Positions 1-9,878 of a stretch of 64,000 nt of DNA are shown here, in pieces. A program made the position numbers and the translations under genes. How positions within the stretch are numbered: the stretch's first letter is position 1; each line of letters starts with the position of its first letter. Source of the DNA: a virus (taxonomy: Duplodnaviria > Caudoviricetes); IMG/VR virus record IMGVR_UViG_3300043406_000131, positions 3,872 through 67,871 of that record. One strand, written 5' to 3'. Under the pieces are notes generated by a model. It was given only the letters and a program-made list of their open reading frames with translations. It was not told where the DNA came from and ran no database searches.

Positions 1-2
1 CC

Positions 3-536
3 GAGTTTGCGTACTCTGCTGACCTTGATGATCTACGGCTGTGGCTCGGGCCGCGACGGATTGAGAAGTGCCCGGGGTGCGCGAGTGATGCAAGGCCGCA
101 ACGGCGACATTGCACATTCTGTAGCGGCGAAGGGTGGGTGTATCCGCTCTCGCCACTCGTCCGGCTCTACCAGCGAGACGAGTGGTTCTACCGCGACACA
201 GTCCTGTCCTCGATCCCGAAGCGCCTGCCCCGTGGGAAGATCACGGTATCGCTCGTTCAAAACGAAGTGGCGGTTGCGAGGATCGATGGCCCGGGGTGGA
301 TCGCCATGGTTGCCGCGATCAAGCCGATCAACGATCCAGTTCCGGGGACTCAGGAAGTTTTTGCCGAAGACAGGTTCAGCGGAAGCAATCGGATCGCCCG
401 CAACGAATCACGTCGGTACGTCCCCGGAATCGGGGCCCTGTCCCATCTGTGGGGCGGCCCGGACGAGAACATTCTGCGGGACTGGTGCGAGGAACGCGGC
501 CATGATCTTTATGAATTGAACCCGATCCAGTTTTGA
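3..536 (+). CDS. 5'-truncated hypothetical protein with CxxC...CxxC Zn finger and C-terminal TIGR02996-like motif
   Basis: Frame open from nt 3 (EFAYSADL...KCPGC...HCTFCSGEGW); ends GPDENILRDWCEERGHD. Confidence 0.7.
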   Translation, partial: EFAYSADLDDLRLWLGPRRIEKCPGCASDARPQRRHCTFCSGEGWVYPLSPLVRLYQRDEWFYRDTVLSSIPKRLPRGKITVSLVQNEVAVARIDGPGWIAMVAAIKPINDPVPGTQEVFAEDRFSGSNRIARNESRRYVPGIGALSHLWGGPDENILRDWCEERGHDLYELNPIQF

Positions 537-555
537 AAGGATTCACAACAGCGCG

Positions 556-876
556 ATGAACATCAACGACACCGATGCCCTCTGCTACTCACTCCTCACC
601 AACTTCATCCTTGGCGGCCTCCTCTTCCTGTCTGTCCTCCGCAACCGCCTCACGTCCACCACGTGCAGCGTGTGGCGGGCGACCGCGTACGAGTGGAAGG
701 CGGCGGCATGGGAGTGGCGGGAGACGGCGAAGTACCGGAGATCGGCAGGGGTAACACGGTACGACATGGAGAGTGAGGCGGAACGGGCCGAGCATCCGCC
801 GTTGTTCGAGGAGTTCGATTTCACTCCGTTCTTCAACGATCTGCCCGACCAGACGGCCGACGACAAAACCAACTAA
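556..876 (+). CDS. Hypothetical protein with N-terminal TM helix
   Basis: Hydrophobic LLTNFILGGLLFLSVL; fits operon spacing. Confidence 0.6.
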   Translation: MNINDTDALCYSLLTNFILGGLLFLSVLRNRLTSTTCSVWRATAYEWKAAAWEWRETAKYRRSAGVTRYDMESEAERAEHPPLFEEFDFTPFFNDLPDQTADDKTN

Positions 877-895
877 CCAGAAAGACTACCGCACC

Positions 896-2017
896 ATGAT
901 TGTCACCTGCCCCCGCTCCACTCTCCTCTCCGCCTTCCAGATCGTCGGCGCCGCCGTCCCCGCCCGCACGACGATCCCCGTCTACCAGAACATCAAGGCC
1001 GTCGCCGACGGTGAAAAACTCACACTCATGGCGACTGACCTTGAAGTGGGCATCCGGTTCGACCTGCGCGGCGGTGGCGATAACAACCTGCACATCTCCG
1101 AACCGGGCTCGGCGATTCTCCCCGCCGCCCGCCTGACCAACATCCTCCGCGAATCCTCCGACACCTCCGTCAAACTGGACTCCGACGAGCGCCGGACCCG
1201 CATCCAGACCTCGACCAGCGAATACGAGATGCCGGGCGAAGATCCCGCCACCTTCACGGACATCGCGGACTTCAGCGGCGAGACCTACCACGAGATGGCG
1301 GCCGGCGACTTGCAGCGGATGATCCGCCGGACGGTGTTCGCCGCGGCCAAGGACGAGGGCAAGTACGCGATGCGCGGCGTCCTCTGGGATCTGGAGGAAA
1401 AGAAGGCCCGCCTCGTCGCGACCGACGGCAAACGGCTTGCGATCAACTCCGGCCCCTGCGTCGCCCAGGGTGAGGTCAAGACGCACTCGACGCTGCTGCC
1501 GCCGAAGGCGATGAGCTTGCTGGAGCGGATCCTGGCCGACGGCGACGCCGCCCAGCCCGTGCAGATCAGCCTGCGGACCAACGACGCCCTCTTCCGGACC
1601 GAGAAGGCGGTGATCTACTCGCGACTCGTGGAGGGCCGGTTCCCGCCGTACCGCGACGTGATGCCGAAGAAGTTCAACGTGAAGGTTCCGCTGGTGGTCG
1701 GCGAGTTCCTGTCGGCCGTGCGGCAGGCGGCCATTATGACCGACGACGAGAGTAAGCGGATCATCTTCTCGTTTTCGGCCGGCAAGGTGACGTTGAAGGC
1801 GCAGGGATCGACCACGGGCAAATCGTTGGTGACGCTGGCGCTGGCGGACTTTTCCGGTCCGGCGATCGAGATCAGTTTCGACCCGGCCTATCTGACCGAG
1901 ATGCTGCGGGTGCTCGACGGCAGTGACGCCCTGCAACTGGACATGGTGGACGGCTCGAAGTCGGCGGTGTTCCGGCAGGGGGACGACTACGTTCACCTGA
2001 TCGTTCCGCTGGTGTGA
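896..2017 (+). CDS. dnaN: DNA polymerase III beta subunit (sliding clamp)
   Basis: VPARTTIPVYQNIK, LMATDLEVGI, RLVATDGKRLA, SRLVEGRFPPYRDVMP, ISFDPAYL, YVHLIVPL are hallmark DnaN motifs; ATG at 896 rather than 773. Confidence 0.95.
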   Translation: MIVTCPRSTLLSAFQIVGAAVPARTTIPVYQNIKAVADGEKLTLMATDLEVGIRFDLRGGGDNNLHISEPGSAILPAARLTNILRESSDTSVKLDSDERRTRIQTSTSEYEMPGEDPATFTDIADFSGETYHEMAAGDLQRMIRRTVFAAAKDEGKYAMRGVLWDLEEKKARLVATDGKRLAINSGPCVAQGEVKTHSTLLPPKAMSLLERILADGDAAQPVQISLRTNDALFRTEKAVIYSRLVEGRFPPYRDVMPKKFNVKVPLVVGEFLSAVRQAAIMTDDESKRIIFSFSAGKVTLKAQGSTTGKSLVTLALADFSGPAIEISFDPAYLTEMLRVLDGSDALQLDMVDGSKSAVFRQGDDYVHLIVPLV

Positions 2018-2290
2018 GGAAAACGGCTCACGCACCGGGCAATCCCTGACTCGCATCAGGGAAAGCGCCGACTCGATTTGTGAGGTAAAATGACAGGCTG
2101 GACTACCTGTCCGTTCAGCCCGGTTCAACCCGATTTCCATTCCGCTGTTTTGCCAAAGTCAAGCCAGACCCCGACCGCTCGCGATTCCGAGACCACCGAC
2201 CGACTGACCAGAGACGACCCGTCCGAATGAGACGGACGCGCTACCGACACCGACGACCCGCACCATCGACCGCTCACCAGGACGAGCCAC

Positions 2291-3019
2291 ATGGCCGACG
2301 ACCTTGAAGGAAAAGTAAACTGCCGCCACTGCGGTCCCGTGCTGCCGGTTGTCAGCGAAAACAGTGTAAGCGGCTTCCGGTGTTCGATCTGCCTTCGAAT
2401 GACCGAATCGGCAACCCAAAGTGAAAAAGCCAAACCAGTATCCTCGGGAGCGCCTGCGCGACCAGCGCCAAGGCCAGTTCCGACGGCCCCGAAAGCCAGG
2501 GCCATCGAGACCCAATACAAGGGGTACCGATTCCGTAGTCGGCTTGAGGCGCGATGGGCGGTCTACTTCGACACGATGGGGATCGAGTGGGACTACGAAA
2601 AAGAAGGGTACGACCTCGACGGAATCTGGTATCTGCCTGATTTCTGGCTGAAGCCATTCAAGATGTGGCTGGAAGTCAAGCCGGAAAAATTCAATGCGGA
2701 TGAATTTGAAAAGTGCCATCGGCTCGTCTTGGCGACCGGACATGAATGCATCATGGCGCCTGATCTTCCTAGACTGAAAACATACTCGGCAATCGCTCTG
2801 CCAACGGGCCGATCTTTGGGACGTGGGCATTCATGCCGTGTCGATCATGACATTGTCTCCGTGCTGATTGCAAAGCATCGACCTAACAATCTTTTCGACG
2901 CAAGAGACGAAGAGTGGAGGACAATCGGTTTTCAAATCAATGAAGATATCGCAGACACAATCTACAGGTCTATGGAAGCCGCTCGCGGCGCTCGCTTTGA
3001 GCACGGTGAGCGCCGATGA
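2291..3019 (+). CDS. Phage PD-(D/E)xK-like nuclease with N-terminal Zn ribbon
   Basis: YKGYRFRSRLEARWAVYFD...YLPDFWL...WLEVKP motif; CRHC/CSIC. Confidence 0.7.
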   Translation: MADDLEGKVNCRHCGPVLPVVSENSVSGFRCSICLRMTESATQSEKAKPVSSGAPARPAPRPVPTAPKARAIETQYKGYRFRSRLEARWAVYFDTMGIEWDYEKEGYDLDGIWYLPDFWLKPFKMWLEVKPEKFNADEFEKCHRLVLATGHECIMAPDLPRLKTYSAIALPTGRSLGRGHSCRVDHDIVSVLIAKHRPNNLFDARDEEWRTIGFQINEDIADTIYRSMEAARGARFEHGERR

Positions 3020-3765
3020 CACCGACCACCCCGCCCTCCCTCCGCCAAGTCACCGACTGGTTGCGCCTCTTCATCGCCCCCGACCAAGTCACCGAACTCC
3101 GGTGCCTTCCGGCCGACGGCGCGTCCTCCCGCATCATCATCTCGGGCTTCTACGACGGCACGGAATCCTCTCTCTCGTCAATGGCGAACGAGGCACTCCA
3201 GCAGTCAGGCAAGTTCGGCGGGATCTATTTCACGCCGAATCCACTCCGTCCCGAAGTGCTGAAGCGGCGGCCGCACTGGTCCGGGCCGATCCCGTTTGAC
3301 GAGAAAACCAAGAAGACAAAGAAGGGGTTCGTCACCTCGGACGTGGACGTTCTCGCCCGCAAGTTCCTCCTGATCGACATCGACCCGTCCCGCGCCGAAG
3401 GATGCGACAAACTCTCCACGACTGACGCGGAGAAATCCCATGCGTGGGAAGTCGCGGAAAAACTCCGATCACTCATCCGCAGCGCCGGCGGCATTCCCGA
3501 TCCGCTCGTTGTCGATTCTGGAAACGGCTGGCACCTGTACTACCGCCTGCGCGATGCATCCGACGACGGCGACGCCGAACAACTCACCGGTTGCATCGCT
3601 GACATCTGCGATACTCGCGCCGCTCCCCACGCTCGGATTGACCGACTCGTTTTCAACCTGTCCCGCATCATGAAAATCCCCGGCACGCTGGCCTGTAAAG
3701 GCGAGTCCACCACGGACCGCCCGCACCGGCACGCTGCTGTTGTCGAGATACCGGAAAGCTGGTGA
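3016..3765 (+). CDS. Primase-polymerase (AEP/RepB-like primase domain)
   Basis: LLIDIDP, VDSGNGWHLYY, RIMKIPGT motifs. Confidence 0.8.
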   Translation: MTPTTPPSLRQVTDWLRLFIAPDQVTELRCLPADGASSRIIISGFYDGTESSLSSMANEALQQSGKFGGIYFTPNPLRPEVLKRRPHWSGPIPFDEKTKKTKKGFVTSDVDVLARKFLLIDIDPSRAEGCDKLSTTDAEKSHAWEVAEKLRSLIRSAGGIPDPLVVDSGNGWHLYYRLRDASDDGDAEQLTGCIADICDTRAAPHARIDRLVFNLSRIMKIPGTLACKGESTTDRPHRHAAVVEIPESW

Positions 3766-3769
3766 TGGA

Positions 3770-5977
3770 ATGGGCAATCCCCAGACGTCGGAGACGTCTT
3801 TCGCTGACGCACCTACTGGCGATGACAATTCAACCAGACCGTCCGGCCTCATTCCCGGCCTGCTCTGGTACCTGCGGAAGAACTTCGCGGTTGAGATCGC
3901 GGAGGGGGCGGCACTCGAATCCGCTCGGAGGGCGGCGCACTCCACAAAGAAGGGAGGTGGTAACGGCACCGGGAAAGCTGCCTGGCAGTCCCGGCCGATC
4001 CCCGTGGGTGCGTCTGACGGCCGGACGACTCGTTTCGGTCGGAAGGCGCTGAGCGAGGAATGCCGGATCGTCGCCGGCACTCCGAAGGGAAACCGCAACC
4101 ACCAGACCAACAGTTCGGCCCACTCAATCGGCACGCTCGTGGCGGCCGGTCACGTCAACGAGGACGAGGCCCGGACCGAACTGACCGCGGCATCGATCGC
4201 ATCTGGGCAGGATCCTGCCGACGCGGCCAAGGCAGTGAACAGCGGGCTCACGGACGGGATGACCAAACCGCGGGAGGGTGCGCCAGACCATCCCGACAAC
4301 ACCGAGTATCCGCCGATCGAAGGGCTCGACTACCCGTTCGGCGGCACCCCGCCCGCCAATTGGCCTACTTCCCACGCTGGAGAGGAGGGGGCACCGGTAG
4401 CCGCGCCAGCGCCGGCCGACCCCGCACCGACTCCCGCCTCTACCCCGGTGGGAAGCAACGGCCACACAAACGGCCATCTGAACGGGCACGTCGGGCCGGC
4501 ACCAACCACTCCGACGCCGAACGTTGCGCCAGACCGAGTCCCGGCAACCGCCCGATCCACCTCGTCGCCGTACCCATCCGGTCCCGTCCAACTCCGCAAT
4601 TGGGTTGCGCGAGACAACGGCGCGGGCGGCTCGATCTACGTCGGCCGGCACCTCTCGCTCGTCATGGACGACGTACTGCGCCGCGGGCTCGGCTGGCCGA
4701 AGATCGTCGCAAAACAGATCGTCCTTCCCCCTGAAAAAACCGGTGACCCGCCGCAACTGGTGAAAAACCCCAACGAGTTGTTCTCGTGGTTCCAGACGAT
4801 TTTCCCCGGTGATGCCGAAGGGCCGCCCGTTGACTGGCGGGCAAAAGACAGTGACAAGCCGTCGAAGTCTGAATTCCTCGAGTTCTTGCGCCGCCGTCTC
4901 CCGGAGCGATACGACTCGTTCGAGCTCTACCCGCACTGGCCGCCAGTCCCCCGCGTGCTCTACCTCAACCCGCCGCTCCCCAAGGCGACCGGCCGTGATC
5001 TCGTCGAGTTCACTAGTCGATTTTTCGCGGCCACTCCGGAGGACGACGACCTGATCCGGGCCGCGACCATGACGATGTTCTGGGGTGGCCCTCCTGGCAA
5101 GCGCCCCGGGATCCTGATCACCGCGAACGATTCGAACATGGGCCGCGGGGCAGGCAAATCGACCATGGCCATGAAGATGGCGTCACTCGTCGGCGGCCAC
5201 GTGACCATTGATCCGAACGAGGACGAGCCGGGCGATGCGTTCGTGTCTGAGGACGTCGCCCACCTGCGCGTTGCCCTGATCGACAACCTGAAATCCCTCA
5301 ATTTCTCCAACTCGAAAATCGAGGGGATGATCACCGATACGGCGGTGTCCGGGTGGATGCTCTACCACGGGCGCACCCGCAAGCCGAACCACTACACGTG
5401 GTTTCTGACGGTCAACAGTCCCGGGCTCTCGAAAGACTTCGCCGAGCGGTTTGTCCCGATCTCGATCAAGAAGGCCATCACCAGCCCCAAGTGGTCTGAA
5501 GACCTCGACCAGTTCATCGAGGAGCGCCGCTGGCACATCGCGGCCGACGCAATCGCCGAACTCCAAGCCAGCCCCAAGCCGCTGAGCACCTACAGCCGGC
5601 ACCCCGAATGGACGTCGCAGATCATCAGCAAGTTGCCCGACCCGGCGGCCATCTTCAACCTCGTTGGGCAGCGCCAGAAGGACCAGGACGGCGACACCGA
5701 CCGCGGGCTGGAGATGGAGGCGATCATCGCCAAGGCTCTGGAGGTCAAGTGCTACAAGCCTCTGGAGCACAAGGTGTTCATCGACTCGCAGTCCCTGTTC
5801 GACATCATCAAGCCCTACGTCGAGAGGAAATCGATCTCATGGGCGCTTCGGGAACTGTTTACACTGCCGCTCAAGCGTTTGAGCAAGTCGAAGGACCACA
5901 ACAAACGGGGGGCTGTCTGGAACGCGGATCTCGAAAATGAGGAGGAAGGAGACTACCGGCAACTGCCGCCGATTTGA
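3770..5977 (+). CDS. PriCT-like domain plus P-loop NTPase (replicative helicase-like)
   Basis: GNRNHQTN...GTLVAAG helical domain; Walker A GRGAGKST; Walker B-like VALIDN; directly after primase. Confidence 0.7.
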   Translation: MGNPQTSETSFADAPTGDDNSTRPSGLIPGLLWYLRKNFAVEIAEGAALESARRAAHSTKKGGGNGTGKAAWQSRPIPVGASDGRTTRFGRKALSEECRIVAGTPKGNRNHQTNSSAHSIGTLVAAGHVNEDEARTELTAASIASGQDPADAAKAVNSGLTDGMTKPREGAPDHPDNTEYPPIEGLDYPFGGTPPANWPTSHAGEEGAPVAAPAPADPAPTPASTPVGSNGHTNGHLNGHVGPAPTTPTPNVAPDRVPATARSTSSPYPSGPVQLRNWVARDNGAGGSIYVGRHLSLVMDDVLRRGLGWPKIVAKQIVLPPEKTGDPPQLVKNPNELFSWFQTIFPGDAEGPPVDWRAKDSDKPSKSEFLEFLRRRLPERYDSFELYPHWPPVPRVLYLNPPLPKATGRDLVEFTSRFFAATPEDDDLIRAATMTMFWGGPPGKRPGILITANDSNMGRGAGKSTMAMKMASLVGGHVTIDPNEDEPGDAFVSEDVAHLRVALIDNLKSLNFSNSKIEGMITDTAVSGWMLYHGRTRKPNHYTWFLTVNSPGLSKDFAERFVPISIKKAITSPKWSEDLDQFIEERRWHIAADAIAELQASPKPLSTYSRHPEWTSQIISKLPDPAAIFNLVGQRQKDQDGDTDRGLEMEAIIAKALEVKCYKPLEHKVFIDSQSLFDIIKPYVERKSISWALRELFTLPLKRLSKSKDHNKRGAVWNADLENEEEGDYRQLPPI

Positions 5978-6295
5978 TGCGAAACAAGAATTGGCGTCAT
6001 TATGGCGCACAACAGGCGGCACTTTTTGTGAATGCCGCCTAACGCAACATCCTTGGTTTTAAGCCACTTGTGTCTCTTCAGTCGTCATAGGCATCATTTT
6101 AAAGAAAAAACTAAAAGCAAGCGCACGGGCGTGCGCGCACAGGCAGGCGTGCGTGTGCGCGAGCCGAAGCAAAGAGGTTTCAAACGAGAAAATGACCATA
6201 AACCGAACAAAACGACACAAGCAATTTTCAGGTAACAACTTGTGTTGGGCGTCATGAGGAAAAAATGGCCATACTATGACGCCTATGAGAACTAA
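5978..6295. promoter_or_regulatory. Putative replication origin: AT-rich, with GGCGTCAT iteron-like repeats
   Basis: GGCGTCAT at 5993, 6248 and inverted within 6275-6289; variant GGCATCAT at 6090; A/T tracts; alternating GC/AC tract 6121-6161; follows the helicase-like gene. Confidence 0.55.
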
Positions 6296-7138
6296 ATGAC
6301 CACTGACCAAACCACCCAGATTGATACTTTGGCCCACACCGTGACTTGTGCTCGGTGTGGGGTTGTGCCTGCTGCTGCATCCACGGAGCGTGGGGTCAGG
6401 TGTTCGAAGTGCATGAGGCCGATTTCGGCGACTGCCAATATGGCACCCAAGTCAGTCGCTCCGCTCGCAACTCAGCCGCGCGAAACCCCGCCGACCAGCG
6501 CCGAGCCGCGCCGACCAGCGCCGCCGCTCATCGAGGAACCGACCGCGGATGTCCAGCCCGGCCGCCCTGTCCCGTTCATCACCGCGACCCTCGATCTCGT
6601 CTTTCTCCCCGCCGCCTTGGCCCCGCCCGGCCTGACCGTGTTCCTGCTGGCTGGTGAGCCGTCTGCGGGGGGATCGGCGGTCCAGCCGGGCCAGAACTCA
6701 CCCAAGGGCATGGCCGCGGGCAGCAAGCCGGGAGCGGCGAAACCACAACCAGCCCAGCCCCAGGCCCACCCAGACCGCCCGGCGTGGCGCCTCACTCCGT
6801 CGGTCTACCTGACCCTGCACGCGGCGACCGAGCGGGCAGAGGCGAAGATCCGGAAGGGTGGGCTTGGGAACGGGGTGTCTCTGGACCCGGACTTCAGCCC
6901 GATCGTGGAAGCGGTGGGCAAACTGGCTCAGGCGTACGAGGCGGCCTTGACAGCCGGGTACCCTCCGGAGGCGTTCACGCGGTGGCTCGAACCGGGGACA
7001 ATGCTGCCGCCATTGGCCGCAGCGCCGCGGGTGGAGTTTGCCCGGACGGTGGGGGTGAGGAAGTCGGCGGGGCCGGTGGAGACGGTGGAGATGGCGAGTC
7101 AGGGAGATCCCGACACCGTGACGGAAAATGAGCTATAA
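6296..7138 (+). CDS. Hypothetical protein, N-terminal Zn ribbon, Pro-rich linker
   Basis: CARC...CSKC; coding-like composition. Confidence 0.7.
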   Translation: MTTDQTTQIDTLAHTVTCARCGVVPAAASTERGVRCSKCMRPISATANMAPKSVAPLATQPRETPPTSAEPRRPAPPLIEEPTADVQPGRPVPFITATLDLVFLPAALAPPGLTVFLLAGEPSAGGSAVQPGQNSPKGMAAGSKPGAAKPQPAQPQAHPDRPAWRLTPSVYLTLHAATERAEAKIRKGGLGNGVSLDPDFSPIVEAVGKLAQAYEAALTAGYPPEAFTRWLEPGTMLPPLAAAPRVEFARTVGVRKSAGPVETVEMASQGDPDTVTENEL

Positions 7139-7174
7139 GTCCTGACCGGGTTGCGTTGACCAGTTTCGTGTTCT

Positions 7175-7423
7175 ATGGGCGCGAGGTTTCACATGAGGCT
7201 GGCTGTCGTGTGTGGCGTTCTGGCTGTGGTGCTGTTCATGGCCGCTGTCATCGGGTTTGGAAGCAGTCAAGTTGAGCGTTCCTATACGGAAGCTTTTGAG
7301 GCTGGAAGAAACGCCAAACTTCACGGGGTGCCGGCGGAGGCTAACCCGTATCTGCGAGGCGGGAAAGAAGCCCGGTTGTGGTTGGATGGCTGGATCGCTC
7401 AGACCAAGGAGCAGGGGAAGTGA
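7175..7423 (+). CDS. TM-anchored protein with Rmf/CrpP-like motif
   Basis: TM helix then AFEAGRNAKLHGVPAEANPY...RLWLDGW. Confidence 0.55.
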   Translation: MGARFHMRLAVVCGVLAVVLFMAAVIGFGSSQVERSYTEAFEAGRNAKLHGVPAEANPYLRGGKEARLWLDGWIAQTKEQGK

Positions 7424-7500
7424 TTTGGCTGATGCTCATTGCCGTGATCGGCACGGCCTTCATGATCCTGATGATGTACCTAATCCACAAATACGCCTGA
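7420..7500 (+). CDS. 26-aa membrane peptide MIWLMLIAVIGTAFMILMMYLIHKYA
   Basis: GTGA overlap with upstream stop; single TM helix; below ORF-track cutoff. Confidence 0.5.
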   Translation: MIWLMLIAVIGTAFMILMMYLIHKYA

Positions 7501-7544
7501 CCTACCCGACTCGCACCACTCGCATCACGGATGACCTGACCCCT

Positions 7545-8753
7545 ATGCTCTCATTCCTCAAACGCCTCTGGTTCGGCCAGCGTACACAGCCTGCGCGCCC
7601 GCTCACGGTGCTGATCCAGCGTAACCACGGATGGCTCGTGGAAGCCAAGGCAGAATACACCGACGCCGGTCTCATCGCTCACGAGCCAACGAGCCTACAG
7701 TCAGTGTTAATTCTGAACCAAGACGAGAAGCGGACAATCACGGGCTGTCCCGATTGGGTCAGGTGGTTCCCGCTGTCCGGGTTCACCGGATGCAAGCGAT
7801 GCGGCAGCACGCGTCACATCCTGATGCATGATGGGACCGGTGATCAGATCCCGTGCCCGGACTGCTCGGATCTGAACCGCCATGCATCAACGAATGTCGA
7901 TCCGTTACGAGATCCGGTCGAGTTCGAGTCCCCGGTTCACTGCTACAAGTGCGGCACGTTTCAAGCCACGATGATGTACGGCTTCCACTTGGACGGTCAC
8001 CATGTGTGGATGTGCGACCATTGCCGCACGAAGCCGAAGGCAGCGACGGCCAATGCGGACCCCGAGCCGGATCGCCATGCATTAATGGATGCTGATCTGT
8101 CGTTGCCGTGCATCTGCTGCGGCGAGCCGACCCCCGGCCGGTGGAACAAACTGCCGATGTGCTGGTCAACGAAGTGCAAACAAGCAACGGCCGAACGGCT
8201 ACACTCTCCCGCCCCTGCCCCTACCACTGCCCCAGACTTTACGACATTCCCCTGCGCCAAGTGCGGGCTCAACCCTCGCTCTCGCCTCAGTTGGAACTGG
8301 CTCTGCGAGTCATGTGAGAAGGCAAATCAGGCGAAACCGATCTGCTCCAAGTGCGGCGTGATCACGTTCGAGATGATGTTCGGCAACAGCATGGACGGCC
8401 ACACGGTATGGGTGTGCGGTCGGTGCGGATGCGAGGTGGCAAGGAAGGAAACCGAGGGCGCCTACGCATCAACGATTACTGATCCGTCATTTCGTCAACC
8501 GCCGCCGCGGCCCGGCGCGATGTGCCCGCGATGCGAGGCGTCATACTGCCTCACGTGCGCCGCAACAAAGTTCGACGGCGATGTGGGTTTTGTCTGGCAC
8601 GAAGACGCAAAGGCATGGATGCGGCGCAGTCTCTCATCGAAGATCCCGCAGTGCTGGATGGTCGATTTGGATGATCCTAACGCATCAAGCAATGCTGATG
8701 TGTCTATTGATTGGGAACCGCCTGAGTCGGCCCCGAGAATCGGCGGGTCCTAG
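7545..8753 (+). CDS. Multi-Zn-finger protein
   Basis: About six CxxC...CxxC pairs, including a duplicated module; likely ATG at 7545. Confidence 0.7.
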   Translation: MLSFLKRLWFGQRTQPARPLTVLIQRNHGWLVEAKAEYTDAGLIAHEPTSLQSVLILNQDEKRTITGCPDWVRWFPLSGFTGCKRCGSTRHILMHDGTGDQIPCPDCSDLNRHASTNVDPLRDPVEFESPVHCYKCGTFQATMMYGFHLDGHHVWMCDHCRTKPKAATANADPEPDRHALMDADLSLPCICCGEPTPGRWNKLPMCWSTKCKQATAERLHSPAPAPTTAPDFTTFPCAKCGLNPRSRLSWNWLCESCEKANQAKPICSKCGVITFEMMFGNSMDGHTVWVCGRCGCEVARKETEGAYASTITDPSFRQPPPRPGAMCPRCEASYCLTCAATKFDGDVGFVWHEDAKAWMRRSLSSKIPQCWMVDLDDPNASSNADVSIDWEPPESAPRIGGS

Positions 8754-8771
8754 GAACGTTCTGACGGCCTT

Positions 8772-8800
8772 TTGACAGAACCGGGACCAGCCGGAAAATA
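8772..8800 (+). promoter_or_regulatory. Sigma70-like promoter
   Basis: TTGACA 8772-8777, GAAAAT 16 bp downstream, ahead of a run of small genes. Confidence 0.4.
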
Positions 8801-8861
8801 GTGCTCCTTCGCTCGTTTTGTGTCGCTCGCTCGCATCGTAGGCACCGCAGAGGTTCGCCGA

Positions 8862-9233
8862 ATGTCAAAACTGGATCTGGCCAAATCGCTCAGTGAATCG
8901 GCGGATTACCACCAAGGGGCCGCTGAGGCGCTGGATAATTTCGCTGAACTGGCGGAACATAATTCGAAGTACGCGGAGGAATTCGGCGGCCGGTATTCCG
9001 TGGCGACGTGGATAGATGTGAAGGCGGCGGCGCAGATGCGGGCGAAGTATCATCGGCGCGAGGCGGAAGATCAAAGCCTAAAGGCCAAGGCGATCTTCAC
9101 TGGATTGGTATTCGTGGAACCGGCAATGAAGAAACTTTCGAACCTCTGGCACAACTGCGTCGCGCATCCGCTTGCTGGTGTGTGCTGGTTTGTGGGGCTG
9201 GAGAAGTTAGGCGACTGGATTCACGGCAAGTAA
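8862..9233 (+). CDS. Hypothetical protein
   Basis: ORF within tightly packed + strand operon. Confidence 0.6.
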   Translation: MSKLDLAKSLSESADYHQGAAEALDNFAELAEHNSKYAEEFGGRYSVATWIDVKAAAQMRAKYHRREAEDQSLKAKAIFTGLVFVEPAMKKLSNLWHNCVAHPLAGVCWFVGLEKLGDWIHGK

Positions 9234-9252
9234 ACCCCAGGAGTTCGCCGGA

Positions 9253-9495
9253 ATGAACATCGAGTACACCGAGGAAGTCGTTGAGGTCCGCCGCCGGGTG
9301 CAGGCGCTCGCCGCGAAGAAAAGTCCCTGCTGCGAGTACATCGGGCAACTGGTGGCGTATCTGCGGATTGGTGTGGTGGACAAACAGGTGGAGTTGGTCC
9401 ACAGCGGCGGTTCGGTGGTGCCGTTCAAGTTCTGCCCGAGTTGCGGGGCGCAGGTGAAGGCGAAGAAGGTTGCCGTGGCGAAGGAACCGTTCTGA
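9253..9495 (+). CDS. Small Zn-ribbon protein
   Basis: PCCEY...FKFCPSCGA. Confidence 0.65.
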   Translation: MNIEYTEEVVEVRRRVQALAAKKSPCCEYIGQLVAYLRIGVVDKQVELVHSGGSVVPFKFCPSCGAQVKAKKVAVAKEPF

Positions 9496-9518
9496 TCCAT
9501 GGGAAGGGTGGCGCTGAG

Positions 9519-9863
9519 ATGAGCGTTGAGAAGCTGTTCCGGATCAAGTGCGAGTTCTGCGGCCGGGGCGTTACCGACGAGTTCGATGACGAGGATGGCG
9601 CTCGCGCGACCATGGCTGGGCACGGATGGGGAGAATCCAACGGCGTTGACCGGTGCCCGGATTGCGCCGTGAAGCAGGGCGAGCCGGAAGCGGCTGTTTG
9701 CCCGGAAGGGCAGTTGAGGAACGGGCTGAGCTACTACGGCATTGCCAAAGGCAAGCGGTTTCAGGTGGTCTGCCGTGATGGGAAGTTGTTTAGGGAAAAG
9801 TCACTTGTCCAGTACAGCGACTACGACCACGTCGTTCACCGCACTGGCACTTTCAGTTCCTGA
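9519..9863 (+). CDS. Hypothetical Zn-finger protein
   Basis: CEFCG...RCPDC. Confidence 0.6.
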   Translation: MSVEKLFRIKCEFCGRGVTDEFDDEDGARATMAGHGWGESNGVDRCPDCAVKQGEPEAAVCPEGQLRNGLSYYGIAKGKRFQVVCRDGKLFREKSLVQYSDYDHVVHRTGTFSS

Positions 9864-9878
9864 CCGAAGGAAAGCGTA

